Assembly (NCBI GenBank): GCA_964448375.1
Contig: CAYVAI010000018.1
Location: 2,970-66,969, forward strand
Length of the DNA stretch: 64,000 bases
Origin: an uncultured Akkermansia sp.
GTDB taxonomy: Bacteria > Verrucomicrobiota > Verrucomicrobiia > Verrucomicrobiales > Akkermansiaceae
Reading direction: 5' to 3'
Part shown: positions 19,801 to 28,773 of the stretch, piece after piece
Layout of the letters: each line of letters opens with the position of its first letter
Position numbering within the stretch: the first letter of the stretch is position 1
Notes under the pieces: model-generated
What the model was told of the DNA's origin: nothing
Database searches by the model: none
The model's input: the letters and a program-made list of their open reading frames with translations, nothing else
Program-made: the position numbers and the translations under genes

Positions 19801-22797
19801 AAGTCACTTCCCGACAATTCGTCCTCTTTCCCGGAGAAAGGGATGGATCGTTTCAAAATCGACCTTCCGAATCTGGATCGACAATATAGCGTTTTTTCCT
19901 CAACGACAATAATTCCGGCCAAGAGGACGCCCCGTGACCACCGGGTCAACATCCCGGCAACTCAACCGGGCATCTACACCGTCTCCATCACCGGGAAGGA
20001 TGATCAGGGCAACGACTTCAAGTCATCGACCACGTACCAGGTGTATGGCACCGGCAGTTCTCCCTGGCTGTACGATGAAGCCTCTGAACTGGAGCTCAAA
20101 ACCGACAAGCCGCTGTACAAGAACGGAGACACGGCAAGAATCATTCTCCCCTTCCCCATGGAAGGCGATGTCGGCATCACTCTAGAACGTGGTCATGTAC
20201 TGCGAAGCATGGTGACGCGCGTCAACCTGAAGGATCAATACGTCGAAGTTCCCATCAAGGCGGAGGATGCACCCAATGTTTATGCCTCCGTCTTCCTGGT
20301 CAAGGGAGCTGTCGATCGTGGCAGGATTGCCGGCAATCCCCATCTCCTGATGGGATATTGCAATCTGCGCGTCGATCCCGCCCAACACCGGCTGAACGTC
20401 ACCTTCGCACAGCCCCGGGAAGTCACTCTGCCCGGCTCGGAACAGGAAATCTCCGGCACCGTCACCGACTTCAAAGGAAAGCCAGTACAGGGCGCCGAAG
20501 TCACTCTTTACGTCGAAGACGAGGGCACCCTGGCCTACACCCAATACTCCAATCCCCAGTGTCTGGATCATTTCTATTCCGACCGCTATTGGAAAATTAA
20601 AAATTTCTCGCCTTTGGCACGACTTCTCCCTGAAAATATGGCTGACAGACGTTTCTGGGGTGATCCTTTCTGCTTTGATACAAAGAGTGAAGGTAACTCG
20701 TTCGGTAGTAATTTCCAGGAAATCTCGGGCAAATTACCCCTGCGCAGGAATTTCAATCCCTGTGCCTTCTGGAAGGCGGATATCAAAACCGATGACAAGG
20801 GCAACTTCCGCGTCAACTTCACCAATCCGGACACCCTGACGCGCTACCGCATCATTGCCGTCGCCGCCGATGAGGCTCGCTTCGGCACGGGCACTACCAG
20901 CTACACCGTCAGCAAGCCCGTCATGGCCGAGCCATCCATCCTCATGTTCGCTTCTCAGAATGACAAGCTGAACCTTGCCCTGACTGTCTCGAAATCCACT
21001 CCGCGGAGTGGCAAATGGATGGTGCTCCTCAGTTCGTCCACGCCGGACATCGTGCGTATCGAGCAAGACTCCTGCCTCGTCGAGATCCCGGCTATCGGCA
21101 CCACCACCATCAGCCTGCCCGTCACCTTCACAGGTACTGGAGATGCCAGACTGGAATGGAGCCTCCTGCCCGTAAATGCCGAAGGGAAACTCCTTCCGGA
21201 AAATGAACTACAGGCTTTGTCAGACCGGGTGGAATCACGTTTCCCGGTCATCTTCCCGGCGCCTCTGTTACGCGAACGACACTCCTTCATCTTGGAAGGA
21301 GACACGGCATGGGACCCTGCACAAGCTCTGGCTCCCGAAATCCAGTCCGCCAAGGGAAGCCTAGTGATGGAAGCCTCCACTTCACCCATGGTGGCCGTCT
21401 CGGACAACATCCAGTTCCTGCTGAAATACCCTTACGGGTGCCTAGAGCAAAAATCCTCCGCCATGGTGCCATGGCTCTGCGCTGATATTTTTTCGAAATA
21501 TTGCCCATCCTTCCCCGCCTATACCCCGGAGAAACGCAAGAGAGTCCTTCAGCAAACCATCAATACTCTGTTGAAGAGTCAGAATGCCGATGGGACTCTG
21601 CCGTACTGGCAGAAGGAGAAGGGCAACTGCGTGTTCTCCCCCTACGCCGCCATCATTATGCTCCTGTTGCAACAGGAAGGATTCGACATCCCTGAGGCAG
21701 CCATGAACAAGCTTCTGAAGAGCCTTGAAAAATTGCCTCATGCAGATTGTCGCCCCATGGCAACCTGGGCACAAGCCAAGGGGAACTTCTTCGACAAAAG
21801 CGACTTCGATGCCTTGCTCAAGAACTCCGGGAAAGCAGCGTCCCGCTCCGATGCGCTGTTGGAAATCCTCGCCCTGTCGGAAAGCACCGAAGAGGCTCAC
21901 CGCAATGCCGCCATCGAGCTACTAGCCCATCTGCCCAGCCAGGAAAAAAACACCATCACCGGCTCCATTGCCCCTGCCCTCGAACTACTGGCAAGAAGCG
22001 CCCTGCAACCCACGGAGCCGGAAACACTCCAGAGCTTCGAAAAATTGCTCCAGCCCTACCTTGCCCAACAACGCCTCAACACCACCTGGCAAAATGGCTG
22101 GGATCTCATCGCCATGGGGCAATTCCTCAAAACCGCCCCTGCTCCGACACAGGATGTCATCCTCGGCTGGAAAAACCTGCCGCCCAACACGGCCGCCAGC
22201 GTCCCCGCCGATGGCAAATCCGTCAGTCAGACCATCTCCCTCCCCAATAAAGAAACAGGCAGCCTCGCTGTCTCCGGATCCGGAAGAGCCTACATCCACA
22301 TCCAGGCCGAAGGCAAGCCCGAGCAAATCGACTTCCCCGGCGTCACAGACAAAGGAATGCGCGTCACACGCATCTACGAAGTAAGGAAAGACGATGGCAC
22401 CTGGCAGGCGGCCTCCAAGTTTCGGCTTGGGGACATCGTGCGCATCTCGCTTACGGTCACCGCAGATCAGGCAGGTTGCCGCTATCTCGCGATTGAAGAC
22501 AACATGCCAGCAGCATTCGAAGTCATCCCCCCGGACATCGCCGGAGAGCTAAGAGCCAGCTTCTACCTCTTCCCCACCTGCATCTCCAACCGTGAACTCT
22601 CCAAATCGCAAGTCCGTTTCTTCGTGAACAATCTGGAGCAGCCAGGCTCCTTCCAGGCCTTCTACCTCGCCCGCGTCGTCCAGACCGGGGAAGTAACTGC
22701 CCCGCCCGCCAAAGCCGAACTCATGTACGAGCCCCAGGTGTACGGATTATCCCTCAGCGAACGCCTATCCATCACTCCCCGGAAAGAAGAAAAATGA
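16897..22797 (+). CDS. Bacterial alpha-2-macroglobulin family protein, thioester type (copy 1)
   Basis: 1966 aa. Sec signal MKTCFCGLFCCLLTLFTKVADA. Thioester motif YPYGCLEQ (CLEQ = nt 21439-21450). A2M bait/MG-domain-like repeats. Located upstream of pbpC, as in E. coli yfhM-pbpC. Confidence 0.9.
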   Translation: MKTCFCGLFCCLLTLFTKVADAQPTITSSSYSGEMDSRFPLVVTFDETVIGRQHVDTDVSPDFLRVDPALPFTAKWSSPNTISVNFEEDVPYRALYTWKVAPGSQYLSGVPIPETIGQTHGSLFKRFDLTSTKNRGTLPIVYVFSYDPISPEDFEPPGFKDNESGKVIPARPLTFTMAHADELIKQDWQLAKSFTSWKERQKDKEFSPENPITNIIAFTPETPLVYEHTYTFSIENSKLSVATENVPEPKDCTITCPESFEVDSHLGCTNDGKQLQIRLTAPISTDNLASIFRDNINISANEEMATNDPGGWSKTAFVEGEKIEFVLDTEALGSSIETSVIPILVRGNAVFSCEIVVKDLVALDQSRLEDNVGEAGCYVYPDLPTLELDVNNSIMLPSGTRSFQTRFHNADKVSVQAKKLPASFEAQAMFNYHGIRKSRYNDRENPDKVFDSQFSFNQAPFEKLSSKWEITSKLLHDTFPVSLDQLFEERLSPGMYLVQAKAHPRPLTAVALKERMVDKELIASNEMENQSLSLIQITDLGMMWKLSKDGTITIYAYHLSTGNAVQDGLAQLMDGNGQVLAEGKINQSMVALLIPKGTEIIRISSGNDSFTQPFEYSGSMDSSSSDPFSDYYSNDNDDFLFVDTKGIKKLPYDLERTGIDIDQYDLRQVYMFTDRGMYQPGETGHIKGFVRNLRGNAIGMPTQKNAVFSIFKDGKDLISTQTITLSPQGGFDVEFRIPNGDPSTYRGLLYFPTRIKSSTSFDEEQKALANDPPINLERDQKFNREFSLNIPVRDFKRDNFDIKTDMVPPKPGRKRVEFSTTATNYTGIPLSNAKVNWYLNASPTDFTPEGYADYEFGQDLNRIYERPSQTMMLDQKGQAQSHFLLKNNDPTPLALRLITSVDHPGDNVVFKSTKGRLDPARVYVGIKRNPRWLSLGRIALDLIAIRPDGKVYNKDLPVTIEVTRKSLGKSLPDNSSSFPEKGMDRFKIDLPNLDRQYSVFSSTTIIPAKRTPRDHRVNIPATQPGIYTVSITGKDDQGNDFKSSTTYQVYGTGSSPWLYDEASELELKTDKPLYKNGDTARIILPFPMEGDVGITLERGHVLRSMVTRVNLKDQYVEVPIKAEDAPNVYASVFLVKGAVDRGRIAGNPHLLMGYCNLRVDPAQHRLNVTFAQPREVTLPGSEQEISGTVTDFKGKPVQGAEVTLYVEDEGTLAYTQYSNPQCLDHFYSDRYWKIKNFSPLARLLPENMADRRFWGDPFCFDTKSEGNSFGSNFQEISGKLPLRRNFNPCAFWKADIKTDDKGNFRVNFTNPDTLTRYRIIAVAADEARFGTGTTSYTVSKPVMAEPSILMFASQNDKLNLALTVSKSTPRSGKWMVLLSSSTPDIVRIEQDSCLVEIPAIGTTTISLPVTFTGTGDARLEWSLLPVNAEGKLLPENELQALSDRVESRFPVIFPAPLLRERHSFILEGDTAWDPAQALAPEIQSAKGSLVMEASTSPMVAVSDNIQFLLKYPYGCLEQKSSAMVPWLCADIFSKYCPSFPAYTPEKRKRVLQQTINTLLKSQNADGTLPYWQKEKGNCVFSPYAAIIMLLLQQEGFDIPEAAMNKLLKSLEKLPHADCRPMATWAQAKGNFFDKSDFDALLKNSGKAASRSDALLEILALSESTEEAHRNAAIELLAHLPSQEKNTITGSIAPALELLARSALQPTEPETLQSFEKLLQPYLAQQRLNTTWQNGWDLIAMGQFLKTAPAPTQDVILGWKNLPPNTAASVPADGKSVSQTISLPNKETGSLAVSGSGRAYIHIQAEGKPEQIDFPGVTDKGMRVTRIYEVRKDDGTWQAASKFRLGDIVRISLTVTADQAGCRYLAIEDNMPAAFEVIPPDIAGELRASFYLFPTCISNRELSKSQVRFFVNNLEQPGSFQAFYLARVVQTGEVTAPPAKAELMYEPQVYGLSLSERLSITPRKEEK

Positions 22798-22872
22798 TCC
22801 TTTCCAGAAAACGGCTTACAGCCGGATAAAGTTCTTGTAAATCAAACACCTTTTACCCATAAAGAAAAACAA

Positions 22873-25800
22873 ATGAATGTTCGCTTTTATGGGTTTTTGT
22901 TCAGCCTGTTTTTCACATCCGCCATCGTAGCGGATGCTGTCCCAAAAATCATTTACCATCAAAATGATGGGATGATGGAGAAGGATAAAAAAATGCTGAT
23001 TGTCTTCGACGAAGCCGTCGTGGAGCGCGAGCAGGTGGGTACGCCCGTATCAAGCGGTTTTCTGAAAGCGGAACCAGCCCTGCAATTCGAGGCCACATGG
23101 GAGACCCCGAACGTCGCCGCTATCACCGTTGGGGAAGAGCCTCCCTTCCGCTCCATCTACACATGGAAGGCCGATCCGTCCGCGCATTATGCCTCCGGCA
23201 AAGCGTTGCCTGAGGTGCTGGGGCAATCCCATGGCAAGCTATTCAACGATTTTTCAGTTGGGACATTCAGTAACCGGGGCAGGCTACCCATTGTGTATGT
23301 CAGAGCTGACAAGCCTATCTCGGACGATCAATTCGAGAAACCCGTGTTCAAGGACAACTCAACAAAAGAGACCATCCCGGCCAAAGCCATTCGCTTCACT
23401 GTCGCCGAAGCCATGGAGTTGGAGAAGAAAAACAACTCTTATTACTCCCAGGAGTTGAAAAACTGGCTCCAGGAAAACAAGAGCTATGCGCCGGAAGACA
23501 CTGTACCCGTTATCCTGGGCTTCATTCCGGAATCACCCCTGACCATCGATCATCGCTACACTGTCACCGTCCGCGAACAGGCCCCACCCGCTCCCTTCGA
23601 CAAATCCAAGGCTGGAGAAGAAGTATTGGTCGTCGACAGCGATGCATTCATGATTAATTCCGGCTATGTGACAAACAATGGCAAGAGTTTCATCCTGAAT
23701 ACATCCGTCCCCATTGCCACGAAAGATATATTCGACATTTTCCGGGACAAGATCACCATCTGGGCTGACGGCAAAGAAGCCGTCAACACACCGAACGGCC
23801 TAGCCAAAACAGTCCAGCTGGGCAATGAGGAAATTACCTTCTATCTGGACTCCAACAAGGTCGTTCAACCGGATGAATATGGCCGTAGCGGAGGCAGCTT
23901 CACCTCACGAATCCCAATTGCCATAAATGGCAATACCCCCTTTAAATGCGAGGTCAAAGCCCATGGACTGGTCGCCATCGACGGACAGTACCTTTCCAAT
24001 GAGAGGTGCGGCGCGGAGGCTCAAGTCAGGCCGGATGATCCATCCGTCAATCTGGATGCCGGCAACTCCATCATGCTGGCGGATGGAACACACAGTTTCC
24101 AGATCGACTACACCATGCTCGAAAATATCAACGTGAAGGCCAAAAAGCTGCCTCTCTCGTATGCCCCCCAGGCTCTGGCCCATTATTCCCGCTACTATGA
24201 GAACGCCGGAGACGACCGCAAGGACGAATCTGTCAAACAACAGGAAATGCGCCTGCTCCCCTACGATCTCCTGCCCTATGAACTCGAATCCCCGGAAGTT
24301 TCTATCGATGCCGCCGCTGGCAAGATGGCACTTTCCTTCGACGAGCTCTTCTCGCGGAGAATTGCCCCGGGCATGTACCTCGTCAACATCACAGGCAATG
24401 CCCCGGAAAACACCCTGAATGCCTACAAAAAATTCGGTGGAAACGGGTGGAATTCCTATCGTTTCTCCAACCGCGACACCGTGTCCTGCACGGCTCAGGC
24501 ACTCGTCCAGGTAACCGATTTGGGCATGTTGTGGAAGCGGGCAGGAGGCACCGTCTCCGTGTATGCCTACAGGCTCTCGTCCGGCAAAGCCCTCCACACC
24601 GGCGATTGCCAGATCACCAACAATAATGGCCAGGTATTGGCTCGCGGAAACATCAAGGACGGCTTATGCACGATGGAGTTGCCCGACAATGCTGGCATGC
24701 TCCGTCTGTTCTCCGGCGACGACTCGCTGACTCTGTTCATGAATCAAGGCCAGATATCCACCTGGGCGTCCGGCATCGTCCAGCCCCCCTACTGGATGGA
24801 TGAATCGAAAGAGGATCTGGCGAATTTGCCCCGCCGCACCGTGTTCATGTTCACGAACAGAAACCTGTACAAACCCGGAGAGCAGGCACACATCAAGGGC
24901 ATCATCCGTTCCCTGCACGGCAACGATATTCTCGCCGACACCGATAAGTATGCCCAGGCCGTCTTCTCGATTCAATCTCCAGCCAATGGGCAAACCTTTG
25001 CACAGCAGCCCGTTCACATCTCGTCAGAAGGTACATTCGACATCTCCATCACCTTCCCCGACGATGTCACGGGCGACTACACGGCCACCCTCTACTTCCC
25101 GAAGAACAAGAAGGACAAAAAGGCAATCTCGTTCTACGATGATGCATCTTTCAGCGACCTTGACTACGCGCAGCGCCAATGGGAACAGACCAACCGCGAG
25201 TTCACCATCGACATCCCGGTTCACGACTTCAAACGCCAGAGCTTCGAGGTCGCCATGGACATGGCCCCGCTTCAACCGGGAGCCACCGCCGTGCCCGTAT
25301 CCGCCACTGCCATTAACCTGACGGGCATCCCGGCCTCCGGGGCCAAAGTAAACTGGTTCCTGAGATCTCGTCCCGTCAATTTCTACCCGAAAAACCTGTC
25401 CGATTACGAATTCGGAGATTATCGCAATGGAGATTCCGATTACTGGGGCCACTACTACGGCAGGAATGATGGCTGGCACAGCATGTCCCTCTCCGACACC
25501 CAAACCGGAGCCATGGACATGGAAGGCAAGGCTCGTGCCGAACTCGCTTTGTCTCCCGACAAACAAGACCGAGCCCAACTGCTCGAAGCCTCCTGCTTCG
25601 TCACCAATGGCAACAACACCACCGTCTTCCGCTCCGCATCCACGCGCATCGACCCCGCCAAGGTTTACGTTGGCCTCAAGCGCAATTCCCGCCTGACCAA
25701 CACGGATTCTCACCTCAAGCTGGACTTGATTGCCGTAGGGCTCGACGGCAAGCCGTACTCCCGCGACCTTCCCGTCAAAATCGACGTAACGCGGCAGATA

Positions 25801-28773
25801 TTCACCCCCACTTGCTACCTCTCTGGAGAGAATACAACGGTCAAAAACGAAGACGAACAATTCAATGTCTTTTCGGACGAAGCCCTCATCCAGGCTCACC
25901 CATCGCAGCCTGAAGCAATCCTGCCCAAGCGCGTTTCCATCCCTGCCAACCAGCCGGGCATCTACACCGTCACCATCACCGGGCAGGATGAAGAAGGCCA
26001 CCCCTTCCTCACCGCCACCAAATACTGGGTGTACGGCAATGGGCGTTCTCCCTGGCTGTATCGCAACGGTCTGGGAATGACGCTCGTCCCGGACAAGACG
26101 CTCTACAAGGCGGGCGACACAGCCAAAATCCTTCTCCAGACCCCGATTGAAGGCGACGTGGTCGTCATGGTGGAACGCGATCGCGTGATGCGGGCCTTCC
26201 GCAAGCGCGTCACCCTGACGGACAGCACAGTCGAGGTGCCTCTCGAAGAAGGAGATGCCCCCAATGTCTATGCCTCCATCTTCCTGGTCAAGGGAGCCAT
26301 CGACAGCGAACGCATCGCTGGCATGCCCCAGTTGAAGCTCGGCTACTGCTGCCTCAATGTTGACCCCGAAGCATACCGCCTCAAGGTCGCTTGCAACACG
26401 CCTGAAGCCAGCGTCTTGCCCGGCTCTCAGCAAAAGCTTTCCGGGGTTGTCACCGACTCCACCAACCAGCCTGTCAAGGGAGCCGAAGTCACTCTCTTCG
26501 TCGAGGATGAAGGCATCCTCTCCATCCTGGGTTACAAGAACCCCATGCCTCTGGATCACTTCTACCAGACGCGTATTCTGGGCGTCAAAACCCACTCCCC
26601 GCTAGGGCGTCTTCTGGATGAAAACCTGACGTCGAGAAGCTTCGACAACAAAGGGATATTTGTCGGCGGCGGCGATGCGCCCGGCATGAACTCCAACCCT
26701 GCCGACCGACTGCGCCGCAACTTCAACCCCAGCGCCTTCTGGAAGGCTGATCTGGTCACCGATGACAAGGGCACCTTCGAAGTCAACTACACCAACCCGG
26801 ACACCCTGACGCGCTACCGCGTCGTAGCCGTCGCCGTTCAGGGCGCGCGCTTCGGCACGGGAGCCTCCGCCTACATCGTCAACAAGCCCGTGATGGCAGA
26901 TCCCGGGACGCCAATGTTCGCGTCTCAGGGCGATGAACTGGAGCTCACCGTCGAGCTCTCCAAGACCACTCCTCGCCAAGGAAAATGGCAGGTGACGCTG
27001 GAATCAGCAGGCCCGTCTATCGCCCGCGTCAACACCGCCTCCTGCACACTGACTATCCCGGACAAAGGCACAGCCACCGCCTCCCTCCCCGTCACCTTCA
27101 CGGGTACCGGAGAAGCCACTCTGACCTGGATTGTCCGTCCGGTTGACGAGCAGGGCAAGCCCCTGCCTGAAGCCGATGCCGTGGGGCTCTCCGACCGCGT
27201 GGAATCCCGCTTCCCGGTCACCTTCCCCACCCCGCTGCTTCGGGAACGCCACGCCTTCGCACTCGACCAGTCAACGCCGTGGGATCCCGCCGGGGCACTC
27301 ACGCCCGAATTGCAGCAGGTCAAGGGCACGCTGAATGTCGAATTGTCCACCTCCCCGATGGTGTTCACGGCGGACAGCATGCGCTTCCTCCTGAACTATC
27401 CCTACGGGTGCCTGGAACAGGTCTCCTCCGCCATGGTGCCGTGGATCTATGCCGATGTCTTCTCGAAGTACTGCCCGGACTTCCCCACCTACACCCCAGG
27501 CAATCGCAGGAATACCCTCAGCAAGGCTATTACCACCCTCCTTGCGAGACAGGGGACAAATGGAGCCCTGCCCTACTGGAACTCAGGGGAAAGCAACTGC
27601 GTGTTCTCTCCCTACGCCGCTCTCGTTTTGATGCTGGCCAAAGATGAAGGAATTCCCGTCCCGGAACCGGCTCTGAAAAAGCTCAACAAGAGCCTCGACA
27701 ATCTGCCCCACATCGATGCCAGACCGCTTGCACAGTGGGTGCGTGCGAAGAGCAAACTCCTGGCTGAAGCCGACTTCAACAAGCTGCTCGACACAGTGGG
27801 TAAAACGGGATCGCGCTCGGACATGTTGCTGGAAATTCTCGCCCTTTCCGAAAGCCCCGTGGGGGATCACCACAACGCCGCCGCCGCCATGCTGGACCGC
27901 CTCCCCACGCAGGAGGAAAACACCGTTTGCGGCAACATTTCCCCCGCTCTGGAACTACTCGCCAGAACGGCTCTGAAGCCGCAGGGACCTGACACTTTGC
28001 AGTGCCTCGACAGGCTCTTCCTGCCCTATGCCTCCGGCACCCGCTTCAATACTACCTGGCAGAACGCATGGGATCTCATCGCCATAGCCCACTTCCTGAA
28101 AGAAGCCAGTCCCACCCAGCAGGATACCTCTGTCCTCTGGAGCGGGCAAGCAGTTGCCAATCCCTTCACCGTACCTGCCAGCGGACAAGCCGTCAAACAG
28201 TCTATCCCTCTGCCGTACACCACGCCGGGCAGCCTCACCGTCTCCGGCGAAGGCAAAGTCTTCGGGCACAGTCTTGCACAGGGCAAACCCGCCCGAACCG
28301 ACTTCCCCGGCATCACGGACAAAGGCATGACGGTTCTCCGCAAGTACGAGGTCATGGACAAGGATGGCCAATGGAAACCCGCCTCGCGCTTCGTCATGGG
28401 CGACACGGTGCGCATCACGCTGAAAGTCATCCCGACCGGCAAAGGCTACCGCTACGTTGCCATTGAGGACAACATGCCTTCATCCTTCGAGGCCATCAAC
28501 CCCGGGCTTCAACAGCACCCCGGAGCCATGCCGGACGGCTTCTCCTACCCAGAAGAGACATCCAACCAGCAATTCTTCAAGGACAAGGTTCGCTTCTTTG
28601 TGGACGACATGCCGGAAGGCCGCACCTTCCAGGCCTCATACCTGGCGCGGGTTGTTCGCGCCGGCCAGGCGACAGTTCCCCCGGCCAAGGCGGAGCTGAT
28701 GTACGAACCCCAGGTATATGGATTGTCGATCAGTGAACGATTCACCGTCACCAACGGAGAAAGCAGCAAGTAA
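22873..28773 (+). CDS. Bacterial alpha-2-macroglobulin family protein, thioester type (copy 2)
   Basis: Also 1966 aa. Sec signal MNVRFYGFLFSLFFTSAIVADA. YPYGCLEQ (CLEQ = nt 27409-27420). Colinear with copy 1 and strongly similar in the C-terminal two thirds (e.g. PPAKAELMYEPQVYGLS in both). Confidence 0.9.
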   Translation: MNVRFYGFLFSLFFTSAIVADAVPKIIYHQNDGMMEKDKKMLIVFDEAVVEREQVGTPVSSGFLKAEPALQFEATWETPNVAAITVGEEPPFRSIYTWKADPSAHYASGKALPEVLGQSHGKLFNDFSVGTFSNRGRLPIVYVRADKPISDDQFEKPVFKDNSTKETIPAKAIRFTVAEAMELEKKNNSYYSQELKNWLQENKSYAPEDTVPVILGFIPESPLTIDHRYTVTVREQAPPAPFDKSKAGEEVLVVDSDAFMINSGYVTNNGKSFILNTSVPIATKDIFDIFRDKITIWADGKEAVNTPNGLAKTVQLGNEEITFYLDSNKVVQPDEYGRSGGSFTSRIPIAINGNTPFKCEVKAHGLVAIDGQYLSNERCGAEAQVRPDDPSVNLDAGNSIMLADGTHSFQIDYTMLENINVKAKKLPLSYAPQALAHYSRYYENAGDDRKDESVKQQEMRLLPYDLLPYELESPEVSIDAAAGKMALSFDELFSRRIAPGMYLVNITGNAPENTLNAYKKFGGNGWNSYRFSNRDTVSCTAQALVQVTDLGMLWKRAGGTVSVYAYRLSSGKALHTGDCQITNNNGQVLARGNIKDGLCTMELPDNAGMLRLFSGDDSLTLFMNQGQISTWASGIVQPPYWMDESKEDLANLPRRTVFMFTNRNLYKPGEQAHIKGIIRSLHGNDILADTDKYAQAVFSIQSPANGQTFAQQPVHISSEGTFDISITFPDDVTGDYTATLYFPKNKKDKKAISFYDDASFSDLDYAQRQWEQTNREFTIDIPVHDFKRQSFEVAMDMAPLQPGATAVPVSATAINLTGIPASGAKVNWFLRSRPVNFYPKNLSDYEFGDYRNGDSDYWGHYYGRNDGWHSMSLSDTQTGAMDMEGKARAELALSPDKQDRAQLLEASCFVTNGNNTTVFRSASTRIDPAKVYVGLKRNSRLTNTDSHLKLDLIAVGLDGKPYSRDLPVKIDVTRQIFTPTCYLSGENTTVKNEDEQFNVFSDEALIQAHPSQPEAILPKRVSIPANQPGIYTVTITGQDEEGHPFLTATKYWVYGNGRSPWLYRNGLGMTLVPDKTLYKAGDTAKILLQTPIEGDVVVMVERDRVMRAFRKRVTLTDSTVEVPLEEGDAPNVYASIFLVKGAIDSERIAGMPQLKLGYCCLNVDPEAYRLKVACNTPEASVLPGSQQKLSGVVTDSTNQPVKGAEVTLFVEDEGILSILGYKNPMPLDHFYQTRILGVKTHSPLGRLLDENLTSRSFDNKGIFVGGGDAPGMNSNPADRLRRNFNPSAFWKADLVTDDKGTFEVNYTNPDTLTRYRVVAVAVQGARFGTGASAYIVNKPVMADPGTPMFASQGDELELTVELSKTTPRQGKWQVTLESAGPSIARVNTASCTLTIPDKGTATASLPVTFTGTGEATLTWIVRPVDEQGKPLPEADAVGLSDRVESRFPVTFPTPLLRERHAFALDQSTPWDPAGALTPELQQVKGTLNVELSTSPMVFTADSMRFLLNYPYGCLEQVSSAMVPWIYADVFSKYCPDFPTYTPGNRRNTLSKAITTLLARQGTNGALPYWNSGESNCVFSPYAALVLMLAKDEGIPVPEPALKKLNKSLDNLPHIDARPLAQWVRAKSKLLAEADFNKLLDTVGKTGSRSDMLLEILALSESPVGDHHNAAAAMLDRLPTQEENTVCGNISPALELLARTALKPQGPDTLQCLDRLFLPYASGTRFNTTWQNAWDLIAIAHFLKEASPTQQDTSVLWSGQAVANPFTVPASGQAVKQSIPLPYTTPGSLTVSGEGKVFGHSLAQGKPARTDFPGITDKGMTVLRKYEVMDKDGQWKPASRFVMGDTVRITLKVIPTGKGYRYVAIEDNMPSSFEAINPGLQQHPGAMPDGFSYPEETSNQQFFKDKVRFFVDDMPEGRTFQASYLARVVRAGQATVPPAKAELMYEPQVYGLSISERFTVTNGESSK

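Noticed and set aside
25024-26595. 523-aa ORF on the minus strand inside the second alpha-2-macroglobulin gene. Similar long antisense ORFs lie at 23905-24597, 29882-31042, 48046-49212 and 50850-52226.
   Set aside because: Each lies entirely antisense to a confidently recognised gene (A2M, pbpC, atpA, atpD). They have Gly/Arg/Val-rich low-complexity translations with no motifs. Long antisense ORFs of this kind are common opposite genuine genes in GC-rich DNA.
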